Origin: Marsupella aquatica
Lineage: Eukaryota; Plantae; Marchantiophyta
DNA: 64,000 nt
Direction of reading: 5' to 3'
NCBI GenBank assembly: GCA_973895155.1
Contig: OZ316898.1
Span: 21,540,122-21,604,121 of the forward strand
Shown: in pieces, positions 1-12,080 of the stretch
Layout of the letters: every line of letters begins with the position of its first letter
Numbering within the stretch: position 1 is the stretch's first letter
Translations under genes and position numbers: made by a program
Notes under the pieces: model-generated
The model's input: only the letters and a program-made list of their open reading frames with translations
What the model was told of the DNA's origin: nothing
The model's database searches: none

Positions 1-478
1 ATTGCAGCAAGTGATGGATTTGAGTCGTTGTTGGATGCAGTCTTTGAGCGAAGGCGTTTCCGAATGGTTGCGTTTTTTATGCTTACTGGTGGCAGTGGCG
101 TGGCGTGGTTTCAGGCCGAGTGTGCAGTGATGGAGCTTCCCTTCTGTACAACATCCACGGTTGCGGTATTCATGCCTTGCTACTCACCTCCATCTGTGTT
201 GCAACTCCATTCAGACACTCCTAGGACCCAAATCGCCTTCACTGTCCAACCCACCATACAAGACTCTTATGTAAAGGCTGTGTCTCACATGCGATGCATG
301 GTATGTCTCCAAGTTTCAGCATATGGACTCCCACAACATTTCTGGTTAAAGTGGAGGCTCCCATAACATTTCCGGTTAAACCATAGACTCCCATAGCTTT
401 CATGTTGAAACCTTTAAACTCCGTTAGCATCAAATGTGTCACCATTCAATTTTGGACGTGGGAAATGAGATACAAATT
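1..478. repeat. Fragment of the composite repeat; direct copy of ~53020-53497, partly inverted copy of ~33585-33690
   Basis: ATTGCAGCAAGTGATGGATT...GGACGTGGGAAATGAGATACAAA aligns along its length with 53020-53497; the ORF-track peptides 28..366 and 53087..53389 are near-identical. Confidence 0.9.
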
Positions 479-539
479 AAAGAAGACCAGGCTTCCTAAT
501 TAGAACTAATTCACTCTGTATAGTTGTGATATATTATTT

Positions 540-1650
540 ACTCTCTAGACTCAATGCTAATCCACACCCAGGTCTATGCCCGATCCGCCTCAAACTCTTG
601 GGCCCGTAATGCCAGGTGTGGTAATTCAGCTTCCTCCTGTTGTTGCTGCTCCTCAGCCTACGCCTGCCAAAAAGCTGCCTTCTGCCTTGCCTTATACTCC
701 ACCCCTTGGCACACTTGTAGGACCTCGCGATCCGGCTGTTCCTTTTGATGTGTGGGATGTCGAGTTTCTGCTTCACGAATGTTGAATTGTGTTACCAGGT
801 TGTCAAAATAATGGGGCCGTGATGCAGAACACGCGGCCGGTAAGGGCCTGTAGGAGAAGCAAAAACAACACTGACCGCAAATTCTTGCCCACGTAGTCAA
901 AGAGGATAGTAGACACCTCGGAGTCACTAAGCCGTTGGGAAAATCTTGAGTGTGGATTCCACCAGAGCTGAAATGTGATGATGCTCAATACAGGAGTCTA
1001 GCTTAGCCCGAGTAAATTTACCCACCGGCGCCTCAATGAACTTGATAAATTCATAGATCACCGGGTCGCCCCATTTGATGTAGATAGATTCCAACTGCTT
1101 GAAGTCTGGTTGGTTACACGGGTCAAAGTTTGCTTTGTAGTCATTCACTACGGCATGTTTGTCAAGTGCCTTGAGAGGAGATCTTTGGAGCAGTTGTTGT
1201 TGGATGTCTTCCCCCAAGCTGGCGTTGAATTGAACCACAAAGAGAGCATTACTTAGGCAGTTCGTCGTGGAGTCCCAACTTAATCTCATTCTCCTGGTTG
1301 AAAGTTGACAGCCAATCTCTAGCCTGCCAGGAATTGAATTCCGATTCAAAGCCTAGTACCACCTTATTCCTAAAAATCCGTTGGCTACCCAGCTGTAGAA
1401 TCTCCATGGGGGATGCAGAAGATTTCCTCATTGTCGGCCGTGGGAATACTAGGTGGGTTAAGATTCTTCAGGTGGACAGGTCCACGGGAGGTGGCCTTTG
1501 TTGCGTGGCGGTGGATCACATTTGTAGATTTCAATGAGGTCGGTTTAGACTTCCACTGCGAGTGGGCGCTGGCCATACCGAGACAAAACTTTTTCATATT
1601 TTTTGACAGAGCGTGAAAGCAGCCTTCAAATTAACTTACTGCCACTTTTG
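540..1650 (-). pseudogene. Decayed LINE (L1-clade) ORF1 fragment: DUF4283-like region plus degenerate CCHC zinc knuckle
   Basis: Frameshifted minus-strand peptides ...NALFVVQF...LLQRSPL...HAVVNDYKANFDP...IYIKW...PVGKF..., followed by DYVGKNLR / CCFCFSYRPLPAAC (CX2CX4[H>P]X4C, CAC>CCC). This is the usual plant L1 ORF1 layout. Confidence 0.6.
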
Positions 1651-1782
1651 TCGCATTATAGTTCTAGCTCTCCTGCTATCTTCCTTTGTACCCGTCTCTT
1701 CTCTCTTCTGGTTGGAATTGCTGCTCGACTTAGCATTTCCTTCATATCCACGAGCGATGGCGGGCAATTTGCTCTCTGTTGG

Positions 1783-3968
1783 ACAGAATGCTTGACAGAA
1801 TTCCACGATCACTTGTTATACATAGTTGATATATTCTTGTGTTCATTTTTCTTGTCCATTTGGAAATTGCACAAATTAACAAAAGTATCCATAAAGGTCT
1901 GTCATCGTAGAAAGTCAATTTTAAGCACTCCCTCGGAGGTGTAATTGTTCAGCATTTGTAAATACCTCGCACTATATATCACGGCTGTACACATCGAATT
2001 AGTTCTACTCAGCCATTTCCCACGTCCAAATTTGAATGGTGACACTTTTGATACTAACGGCGTTTAAAAGTTTCAACATGAATGCTATTGCTGCAAAAAT
2101 GTTTAACCGGAAATGTTATGGGAGTCTACGGTTTAACCGGAAATGTTATGAGAGCCTACGAGTGACGAGCACATTAAGGAACTAGATTGAAGACGGGCAA
2201 TAGGAATTCTAGAAGGCCAATACTTCCCGACCATAATACCATCCCAACCATGGCGCAGAAGGGAAATTGAAGGCGGCAAGCACATTAAGGAACCAAATTG
2301 AAGGCGGACAGGAATTCTAGAAGGCCAATGCTTCCCAACTATAATACCAGCCCAACCATGGCATTGAAGGGAATTTGAAGGCGTAGAAAGTGATGACGTC
2401 AAGTCAATTTTAAGCACTCCCTCGGAGGTATAATTGTTAGCATTTGTAAATACCTCGCACTATATATCACGACTGTACACATTGAATTAGTTCTAATCAG
2501 CCATTTCCCACGTCCAAAATTGAATGGTGACACTTTTGATACTAACGGAGTTTAAAGGTTTCAACATGAATGCTATTGCTGCAAAAATGTTTAACCGGAA
2601 ATGTTATGGGAGTCTACGGTTTAACCGGAAATGTTATGGGAGCCTACGAGCGATGAGCACATTAAGGAACCAGATTGAAGACGGGCAATAGGAATTCTAG
2701 AAGGCCAATGCTTCCCAACTATAATACCAGCCCAACCATGGCGTTGAAGGGAATTTGAAGGCGTAGAAAGTGATGACGTCAAGTCAATTTTAAGCACTCC
2801 CTCGGAGGTGTAATTGTTCAGCATTTGTAAATACCTTGCACTATATATCACGACTGGACACATTGAATTAGTTCTAATCAGCCATTTCCCACGTCCAAAA
2901 TTGAATGGTGACACTTTTGATACTAACGTAGTTTAAAGGTTTCGACATGAATGCTATTGCTGCAAAAATGTTTAACCGGAAATGTTATGGGAGTCGACTA
3001 CGGTTTAACCAAAAATGTTATGGGAGGTAATCAACCATTTCCCACGTCCAAAATTGAATGGTGACACTTTTGATACTAACGGAGTTTAAAGGTTTCAACA
3101 TGAATGCTATTGCTGCAAAAATGTTTAACCAGAAATGTTATGGGAGCCTACGAGTGACGAGCACATTAAAGAACCATATTGAAGATGGGCAATAGAAATT
3201 CTAGAAGACCAATACTTCCCGACCATAATACCAGCCCAACCATGGCACAGAAGGGAATTTGAAGGTGAAGAGCACATTAAGGAACCAGATTGAAGGTGTG
3301 CGGCAGGAATTCTAGAAAGCCAATCCTTTCCGACTAAAATACCACCCCAACCATAGTGCAGAAGGGAAGGGTCTGTCGGCAATTTGAATTACTTGTTCCC
3401 AGGCTGCTTCCAAGTGCAAGCAAGCGTGGACGTGGGTTCCCACTTTAGTTAGACAAACTGTAACTTTAGTTAGAGAAATTCATTGAACGTGGGACGAACA
3501 AAAGTATTGTGCTTGCAAAAAGAATAGAGACAGTTTGTGTCTATCCCAACTTCATATTCTCGCTGCCTTTGGCAACAGAGAAGAAGATTTAATTGCACAA
3601 TGAATTGGTAATACAGAGCGTACAATGGTTTTGGTGGGGACAGTTGCCAACTCAACAACTTTGAGCTTTTAACTATGTTGTGGCCTACCTAATTATCGCT
3701 GAAAGTGCTCAGACAATAAATGTTCACCTATTGCCGTAAAGTATAAACATTGTGCACGTTCAGTTCCGCTACTTGAATTTACTAAATCGAATTGGCAAGT
3801 GTTGGATTACACATCACTTCCCAAGTTAAAGCAACTTAAATTAGCTGGAGTGAGGGTTGCCACCTATTGGAATTTGGAACTGGAGTGCTTCTTGTGCACC
3901 ACCATCAGCTTTGCCTCGGCTGACTTTTGGTGTAGTCCTCCCATCAAGCGTGCGTAGCCCCTGAGACA
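1783..3968. repeat. Composite-repeat block with nested tandem expansions (380-490-bp units starting ~1912, 2401, 2781; ~110-bp and ~29-bp subunits); paralogous to 5477-6660
   Basis: AAGTCAATTTTAAGCACTCCCTC recurs at ~1912, 2401, 2781 and 5606. AAGGAACCAGATTGAAG...GAATTCTAGAAGGCCAAT and TTTAACCGGAAATGTTATGGGAG subunits recur many times. Confidence 0.9.
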
Positions 3969-4034
3969 CAGAAAAAAAGTTTGGAGCCATTTTGGGCTCC
4001 CACCACAAAGCTGAACTTTAAGTTCAGCCAATTA

Positions 4035-5370
4035 AGAGTGTACCAAGGGTTAGCGCGAGGTGCAATACAATGCCCACAACAAGATAGATTAGGCAATTCA
4101 ACCATACTACCCTGCTGTGCCTGTTTGTTCCCAAAAAAACCTTCACCCCTACTGGAAGGTTGCCCATTCAACCTCCTTACAGTAGCAGACAGAACAGAAA
4201 TCATCACAAGTAATCCAAAAATGCAGACTACTGGACAGTACAGTGAGTACTTCTGATTATTATACAATAAGAGTGTTTTGGTCAGTGATGATGTGGTTTG
4301 TCAATAGCTTCTCATCCTACTTTATAAAAACAACAATGAGGACAGTCTGACTAGCACCGCATTTCTTCATTAATGAACATGTCTCTTTATGGTAGTCCAC
4401 AAAACAAGACATTCCACTCGTAAACAAAATAAGACATTCCACTTAGAGGACCATTGCTCTCCTACTGTTCAACTGAGTAATCACTTATCAAAGTGGCTTC
4501 AAGTGTGGCTGTACGTTATAGAATACCCCCATCCCACGTACCCCCCTTCACCTTCAATACTGTAATTTGATACGTAAAAACTTTCGTGACTTTTCTCTTT
4601 GTATATTTGAGTGCATTAATTCTCCATAATGCACCCCTTTTTTTTAGGAGGGGATTATACAAAACACCATAAATATAGTAAAAGCAAAAATTAAATATAG
4701 TTTTACCATACAAAAATAATAATTTAAATCTAGTCAAGATCTCAAGATGATAACCAAATCTTATATGGTGATACTAACACAATATCTATGAATTGAATCT
4801 AATATAACTAAAGAAGGTATATTTTTAGCCAATTCCATAGCAACCACTTCTTGGATGACCCTTTAATTTAAATTTTCTATTTCAGGGATTCATTTTTTCT
4901 TGTTTGTTACCGAAAAGTCACTCAAGTTTTTACGTGCATTAATGTCCTAGTTACAGGCATTATATCCCACAATGCCCTCTAACCAGGACATTATGAATCC
5001 TATTAATACCCTTCAAAGCACATGGGCATTAATTTGCATTACCCCAGCACATGGTGGCTGTGCGTTTTGGAATACCCCATCCCTCCGTACCCCCCAACCT
5101 TCAAAATACTGTAATTTAATACATACATACCCTTCGGAGCACATTGGCACTTGCATTACCCCAGCACATGGTGGCTGTGCGTTTTGGAATACCCCATCCC
5201 TCGTACCCGCAACCTTCAAAATACTGTAATTTGAAACATATATACATACCCATCCGAGTACATGGGCATTTGCATTACCCCAGCACATGGTGGCTGTGCG
5301 TTTTGGAATACCCCATCCCTCGTACCCCCCAACCTTCAAAATACTGTAATTTGAAACATACATACCCATC
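4035..5370. repeat. Composite-repeat block; inverted copy at ~53515-54650
   Basis: AGAGTGTACCAAGGGTTAGCGCGAGG at ~4035 is the reverse complement of ~54625-54650; similarity continues through the minisatellite (ORF 3944..4267- matches 54476..54712+). Confidence 0.9.
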
Positions 5371-5402
5371 CGAGCACATTGACATTTGCATTACCCCAAC
5401 AC
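5020..5402. repeat. ~118-bp minisatellite, ~3.3 copies
   Basis: TTGCATTACCCCAGCACATGGTGGCTGTGCGTTTTGGAATACCCCATCCCTCGTACC...AAATACTGTAATTT repeats at ~5034, 5151 and 5270, with a partial unit at ~5386. Confidence 0.9.
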
Positions 5403-5476
5403 ATAATTATATACAAGCCATCCAGATAGTGCACTTGTGATGCCTATTGAACTCAAATTGCCATCAGAAGCTATGG

Positions 5477-6660
5477 ACAGAATACTTGACAGAATTCCAC
5501 GATCACTTGTTATACATATAGTTCATTTTTCCTGTCCATTTGGAAATTGCACAGATTAACAAAAGTATCCATAATGGTTTGTCATCGTAGAAAGTGATGA
5601 CATCAAGTCAATTTTAAGCACTCCCTCAGAGGTGTAATTGTTCGGCATTTGTAAATACCTCACAGTATATATCACGACTGTACACATTGAATTAGTTCTA
5701 ATCAGCCATTTCCCACGTCCAAAATTGAATGGTGACACTTTTGATTCTAACGGAGTTTAAAGGTTTCAACATGAATACTATTGCTGCAAAAATGTTTAAC
5801 CGGAAATGTTATGGGACTCTACGGTTTAACCAGAAATGTTATGGGAGCCTACGAGCGACGAGCACTTAAGGAACCAGATTGAAGACGGGCAACAGGAATT
5901 CTAGAAGGCCAATACTTTCCAACCATAATACCAGCCCAACCATGGCACAGAAGGGAATTTGAAGGTGAAGAGCATTAAGGAACCAGATTGAAGGCAGGCA
6001 GCAGGAATTCTAGAGAGCCAATCCTTCCTGAAATACCACCCCAACCATAGTGCAGAAGGGAAGGGTCTGTCGGCAATTTGAATTACTTGTTCCCATGCAT
6101 GCTGCTGCCAGGTGCAAGCAAGCGTGGACGTGGGTTCCCACTTTAGTTAGACAAACCATATCGAAGAAATTCATTGAATGTGGGACGAACGAAAGTATTA
6201 TGCTTGCAAAAAGAATAGAGACCGTTTGTGTCTATCCCAACTTCATATTCTCGCTGCCTTTGGCAACAGAGAAGAAGATTTAATTGCACAATGAATTGGT
6301 AATACAGAGCGTACAATGGTTTTGGTGGGGACACTTGCCAACTCAACAACTTTGAGCTTTTAACTATGTTGTGGCCTACCTAATTATCGCTAAAACTGCT
6401 CAGACAATAAATGTTCACCTATTGCCGTAAAGTATAAACATTGTGCACGTTCAGTTCCGCTACTTGAATTTACTAAATTGAATTGGCAAGTGTTGGATTA
6501 CACATCACTTTCCAAGTCAAAGCAACTTAAATTAGCTGGAGTGAGGGTCACCACCGATTGGAATTTGGAGCTGGAGTGCTTCTTGTGCACCACCATCAGC
6601 TTTGCCTCGGCCAACTTTTGGTGTAGTCCTACCATCAAGCGTGCGCAGGCCCTAAGACAC
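5477..6660. repeat. Unexpanded paralogue of block 1783-3968
   Basis: Starts GACAGAATACTTGACAGAATTCCACGATCAC (cf. 1783) and ends ATCAAGCGTGCGCAGGCCCTAAGACAC (cf. ~3943-3968). Confidence 0.9.
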
Positions 6661-7175
6661 GAATTGCAGCTCATGAGCTTCAAACGGTCTACAAGCATTA
6701 CAAGCATTTGTGTGGCAATTCTAATGGTTGTTGTGAGCAATTGAAGGATAGACTTATACTGCAGATAATAATGCCGGCAACCCCATCCCAATTTCCTCAT
6801 TCCAATCAGTAGCATGCTCTGGTTTATTCCACAGCTCTTGTGGGGCCCAATAGAAACTTCCAACCATGGCAACTCAAATGAGCAAGAAGCAGAAGAGGTA
6901 TTCATCGATTTGACTAACCGGTGTTGCGACAACGCTCGCTCAAAAGGACTCAAACAATTCCAGTGCCAATTTTCAAGTGGCTCGCTCAGCCACTCGCTGC
7001 AAAGTTGCGCAGCTACCTTCGGTTCTGCTGTTGCATGAAGACACAAAATTGGCTAGAAAATTTGCAAACAATTATGTGAAGGAGAAACGACGCAGGTGGG
7101 GCAAGTTAATGGCCCGGGCTAAACTCAAAGCATCGATTCAGAGCTTGAAAGCAAACAAAATGGTAGTTGACTAAA

Positions 7176-10100
7176 TTTTTTTGCTGTGGTGGGTGTGTTG
7201 ACCTCGCCACACAACAACTCACAGGACGACAGGGTGAAACAAGTTATAAAAAGTTAAGTTCCAAGATTTTTGGCACTTAACTTTCCAGTGAAGTACTCAC
7301 AAAACGACGGACACTAACTAGAGATCGTTAGTGATTTTAACTATCAGATTTAACTATGAGTGCGAGTTGAGCCGGCAGGAACCCTACGCCTATTTTCTTT
7401 TGATTTCCTTGGAATGGTAGCCATTTTATAAATTGTTTCAGTTCCCCGCAAAAAGCCCCATGGGGAGGCAACCAAGACAGAACAGAGGGCCAAACCTCAA
7501 AAATCCAACCGAATCCCACCTCAGGCAAGGAATTAACCTCCCCGGAGACACCTAATAGCAAAAGAGGACGACCAGCAACCCAAACACACACCACACAAAC
7601 TCACAACCAGCTTGAGGGCATCAATGCCCCCAGAACCATACATTCATTGGTCTCAACGTTCAAACATCACTGCAAAATCAGAGTCACCCAACGGAAGTGA
7701 AACTGATGCCCCCACTGCCAAGCCAGCTCCTGTGAAGCCCATCGATACATGATTTGGCTCGTAGCAGGCGAGTGCACTTCCTACCCCGGGGGCAACGCCG
7801 ACCAGCAGCAAATAAGTTCTCCACTGCCTCTGACAGGACAAGTCCCAGGTCAAACACACGTCTCTCCCCCGTCTGAAACATGTGAGTGTTTCTCCCAATC
7901 CAGAGCCTCCAGAGAATCTGGTGCAAGACAAAAAGTTGCGCCACTCGGATGGGCTCCCTCCCACAGGCTGAATCTAAAAGGGCCATCAGCCCTTGTCCAA
8001 TTGGCATATCCAGCGCACTCAACAAGGTCAAACAGAGACGCCAGCAGCAGACAGCATGTGCACATTGGAAAAAAAGGTGAGGGATGGTTTCCAGCCGTCC
8101 GTTGCACACCTTGCAGTCACCGTTGCTCACCTCTAATCTATGCGCATGGCCCCAGTGAACAAGCCCCCCACAATGATCCTCCATATAAAGTTCTTGCCTC
8201 TGGTTGGTAAATCCGATCTCCATAGTCTGGACCAGCTCTCATTCCATCCTCTCTCCTCTCGGGTAAGAGACCAGATCCTATTCAGGCGTTCGTGATTTGA
8301 GGTCTTGGGCCGCCAGAAGTCATACACTCTACAGTTCTGAATTCTAAAATCCTTCAATGGTTCAGGTCTATCTGTCCACCCCCACTGTTTGGCATACAGG
8401 AAGTACTCTGACCGGCAGTGTGAAGCGCTCCATATACTTTCCAAGAACTTCCGTGCAAGCAATCGATGCTCTGCAGAGAAGCCACGCATGTTGCTCCATC
8501 TAAGCGGGAGATCCTTCCAACATCCTTCCTCTGCCGACCAACCATCACCAATCGATCTCATTCCCAGCCGGCCACAGATCGTTGCAATGTCTGTAATGGC
8601 TGAATTAGGAAGAGAATGAAAGCCCACCATGCATCTGAGTGTGTCAGTGATGCTCCACCGGGCAGGCGGCCCCCCCGGCCAGGCTCATAGGATAGATGGG
8701 CTCTCACTAGCTCCCAACATCGCCAGAGACCCGTAGTGTAGGGGAGCCCACTAAAGGAACGAGGTGTTAGTACATAAAAGCAACTGGTCCTGGAACTAAG
8801 GAGTATCCATTTCTCCTAATAACCTTGTAGTTCATCCACCCCAACAATCCTAGATTGGCCGCCAACATCTTGGACCATTCTAGTTCTGGCGAGTTTAATA
8901 CCCTAAAGCTCACCATTGAGAGAGCACGGCATCAGAGTGGCTGTGGAAATCCCGAAATCCCAGTCCCCCCTCCACTCGTGGCAGTGCCATCCTGTCTCAA
9001 GCCACCAACGGAACCTTCTTCCCTCCTGAGTCGTTGTATCCCCATAGAAAATCTCTACTGAGAGCAATAAGCTTCTTGGCTAGACCAGCAGACGCCTTGC
9101 AATACATTACATGGTAGATCGGAATAGCAAGTAGTACTTGTTTAACTAGTAATGATTGGCCAGTAAAGGAAAGCAACTTGTTGGACCAAACAGCAAGCCT
9201 GGCACAAATTTTGTCGAGGCAGAATTTGTGCAATTGTTCCGTGCTCAAGCCCACCCCAAATGGTGCACCAAGATATTTTTGTATCTCCCCCCTTTGACTG
9301 ATATTGGCAGCCCGTGTTATTCAGCCAAACAGGGACCTCCTCCATTGCCAATGGAATCACAACTGATTTCTTCAAATTCAGTCGAGCACCGCTAGCCTTC
9401 TCATAACAGTCAAGAGCAGTTGTTGCTTCCTCAAAAGCATTCTCAGTTACAGGGATAAACATCTCCACATCATCCGCAAACAATCTGTAGCAAATAGTGA
9501 GATCAAGCGAGATCTGCAAGCCACATAGTCTACCCGCTGCCAGCTCTGCATCAAGAAAATCCATGAGTGGCTGCATGGAAATAACAAACAGCAACGGTGA
9601 TAAAGGGCAGCCCTGTCTTACCCCACACTTGAGCTCAAACGTGTTAGATAGTAAACCATTCACCAAGGCACGTGAAGATGCCTGAGCCAACAACGCTCTT
9701 ACCAGTGTGATGAAACGTCCGCTTATCCCTAGCAACTGCATACATTCCCATATATATTCATGCAAAACACGGTCAAAAGCCTTCTCAAAGTCTAATTTTA
9801 GAAACAATGCCTCTCGTCTCCTTTTGTGAACCCAATCACAGGCAAGCCAAGCAAGGGAAATGTTTTCTAAGATGTGGCATCCAGGGATAAATCCAGTTTG
9901 TTGCGGACTGATTATCAAGTATAGGATTGGTTTTAATTGCAAGGCGAGGATCTTGGCAATTAGCTTGTATATCGTATTTAGCATTGTCAATGGGCGCCAG
10001 TCACTTAACAAACGTTTGTCCGATTTCTTGGGTATGAATTTAACAATTCCTTCACAAATATCAGCATCGAGGGCACCCGTAAGCCAAAATTCCTGTATCA

Positions 10101-11361
10101 TATCCACTAAATCCTGACCAATAAAACCCCAACATGCTCTGTAAACCTCTGTTGTCATACCGTCAGGCCCCGGTGTTTTGTCACTGGGCAAGAGCCACAG
10201 CACATCCTTCACCTCCTGGAATGTAGAGAGCTTCTCCATCTTTAAAATGTCCTCCCTTGAAAGGGCAAACCTTGTGTTGCTGAGCAGTCTATCATGAGCC
10301 AGACGTCTCTCTTCTGCCTCTGCTTTGGAAAAAGACTCAGGTGAGTACAATGTTTCACAAAACTCTTCAACCTCCTTCAAAATCAATCTCGGGTCAGAGA
10401 TCGTACTCCCATCCACCCTGCTCAAGGAAGAGATAGCCTCCCTGGATCTCTTGGCTTTCACTGTGGCAAAGAAAAATTTAGTCAATTCATCTCCTTCCCC
10501 CAACCACTTAACTCTGGCTAGCCTGCGTCCTCTATGAGCTTCCTCCAGTTCCAAAGCATGCAGTGTGTCCTCAGCATCCATGAAATCAACAATGTCCTCC
10601 TCCAATTGATTTTCTAGAATGGCCATCTTAAGTGTCCTTAGTTGAGCTCTCTGAAAAGCCATCTCCACCTCCGTTGTCCTTGGCTTGGCTTGTATCTCCT
10701 TAAGTGCTTGTCTCAGTCTCCAACTTCCATTAGTAAATCGATTACGCAGGTCCACACATTTCTCTCTTCCCACTCTCCAGGCTTCTTCGAGTAGTAGCAT
10801 GTCCTCTCTTTTCCGAAGCACAGCCGAGTTGGCCATAAACAGTCTCACTTTCCCTCGCTCCACAGTCTCAGTCAATCCTGCAATCCTCACATTCAGCAAG
10901 ATCGGGTCGTGATCAGAAAGAGCCAATCCCCCATCGTGAATGAGTTCCACCTCGCTAAGCCATCCACCCATTTCACTTACGTCAATCCTGTCAAGTCTGG
11001 ACTATAGCATCACTCCATTACGCTTCCTCCTCCATGTGAAATGCGGGCCAATCGCTCCACCTCTAAGCTCCCATGATCTGTCAGGTTCAATCTCATCTTC
11101 AAAAATCTCCAGAACTCAGCCTCCCTACCTCGGATTAGTGGAGACGGTCCCGTTGAGTCATTTCTACGTTCAATCATGTTGAAGTCTCCACACAACAGCC
11201 AATCATTGTGCGGCAGCGTCATCTTTAAATCATGCCCAAGAAGTGACCTTAATCTAGCTGAACTGGGAGCGTAAATGCAAGCAATCCCAAACGTCACATC
11301 TTCCTTCGCGACCACGGCCCATACTGCCCTTCCTAAATCCAGTGCTCCGGAGCAAACTAGT
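7176..11361 (-). mobile_element. 5'-truncated L1-clade LINE retrotransposon
   Basis: ORF2 motifs run in order on the minus strand, followed by a ~500-bp 3' UTR and a candidate short poly(A) (T7 at 7176-7182). The 5' end is cut inside the endonuclease at 11361. No TSD was found; the 3' boundary is tentative. Confidence 0.9.
7684..11361 (-). pseudogene. LINE ORF2 (APE endonuclease C-half, reverse transcriptase, zf-RVT), frameshifted
   Basis: EN: CIYAP, WLLCGDFN, SRLDR, LSDHDPI. RT: KTPGPDG, WRPLTMLNTIYKLIAK, QTGFIPG, LKLDFEKAFDRV, GVRQGCPLSP, LFADD. zf-RVT: CKVCNGRLETIPHLFFQC. Split across ORFs 11010..11315, 9142..10971, 8997..9254, 8133..8630 and 7684..8223. Confidence 0.95.
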
Positions 11362-12080
11362 GCGTTGGAGGTGGTTCCAACAGTTTCCCAAAATAGCGCT
11401 CTCCAGCTTCAGCATCAGCTTTTGCTGCCAAGGACAGGCATTCCTGTGGTGACAATTTTTCCTTCTTTGAAAGTCGCGCTCCCTCTACGTACACACCAAT
11501 CACAAAGTGTTGAAGAGGAAGAGAAAAACAGGAAAGTCATCCAATAATCACTCAAAGCAAGGAGTCTACAAATTTGGCACGATTCCGGCAGAAATGCTTT
11601 ATCGATTAGCAAAGCAGGAAGACACAGGACACCTGTAATTGCAAAAGTGCTTTCCAAACAAATGCCAGAGCAAGGGCGACAGCTGCTGTCCATGATACCC
11701 TTGATCACTTTTCAGCAAAGAAAACAAAGTAGCAACAGAGGGGTGCTCAAAGGAAAAAACTCAACGAAAAGAGAAACCAGAACAAGAACCAGAAGATACT
11801 GACGAGAAACACATTGCTGTGAAATTCAGTTGGAATTACCATCCGTAGAGTTTCCTTTTTGAAGCCAAATTGCAAACTTAATTGCCATTTCCAATCCGTC
11901 AGGTACCACTGGGAACATGCGACGGATTATGTCTTTGAGCTCCATTTTCGACGACCCTAGCAACATAGGTACTCCGACCCAGCCAAGGCATAGTTTCACA
12001 GCAACGTCTCGCAGTCGTGTTTCGTCATGAATAGTTCTCCAAAGCAGGTTCATAATATTTTCTTCTTCACCACTCGCCAT
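11357..12080 (-). pseudogene. Truncated paralogue of the Crinkler-type gene (exon 1 11840-12080, exon 2 11357-11484; ~122 aa, SAM-like header only)
   Basis: Aligns with 29257-29974 with both splice sites kept. After ...LLEPPPT the sequence switches to LINE DNA and stops (CAC TAG). Confidence 0.85.

Noticed and set aside
2133-3382. Repeated 85-97-aa ORFs (and 33494..33952)
   Set aside because: They arise from ~110-bp repeat modules; frames are not conserved between copies.
11010-12080. In-frame SAM-LINE ORF2 fusion protein
   Set aside because: The CRN frame stops (TAG 11357-11359) right after the junction, and the LINE frame is different and frameshifted.
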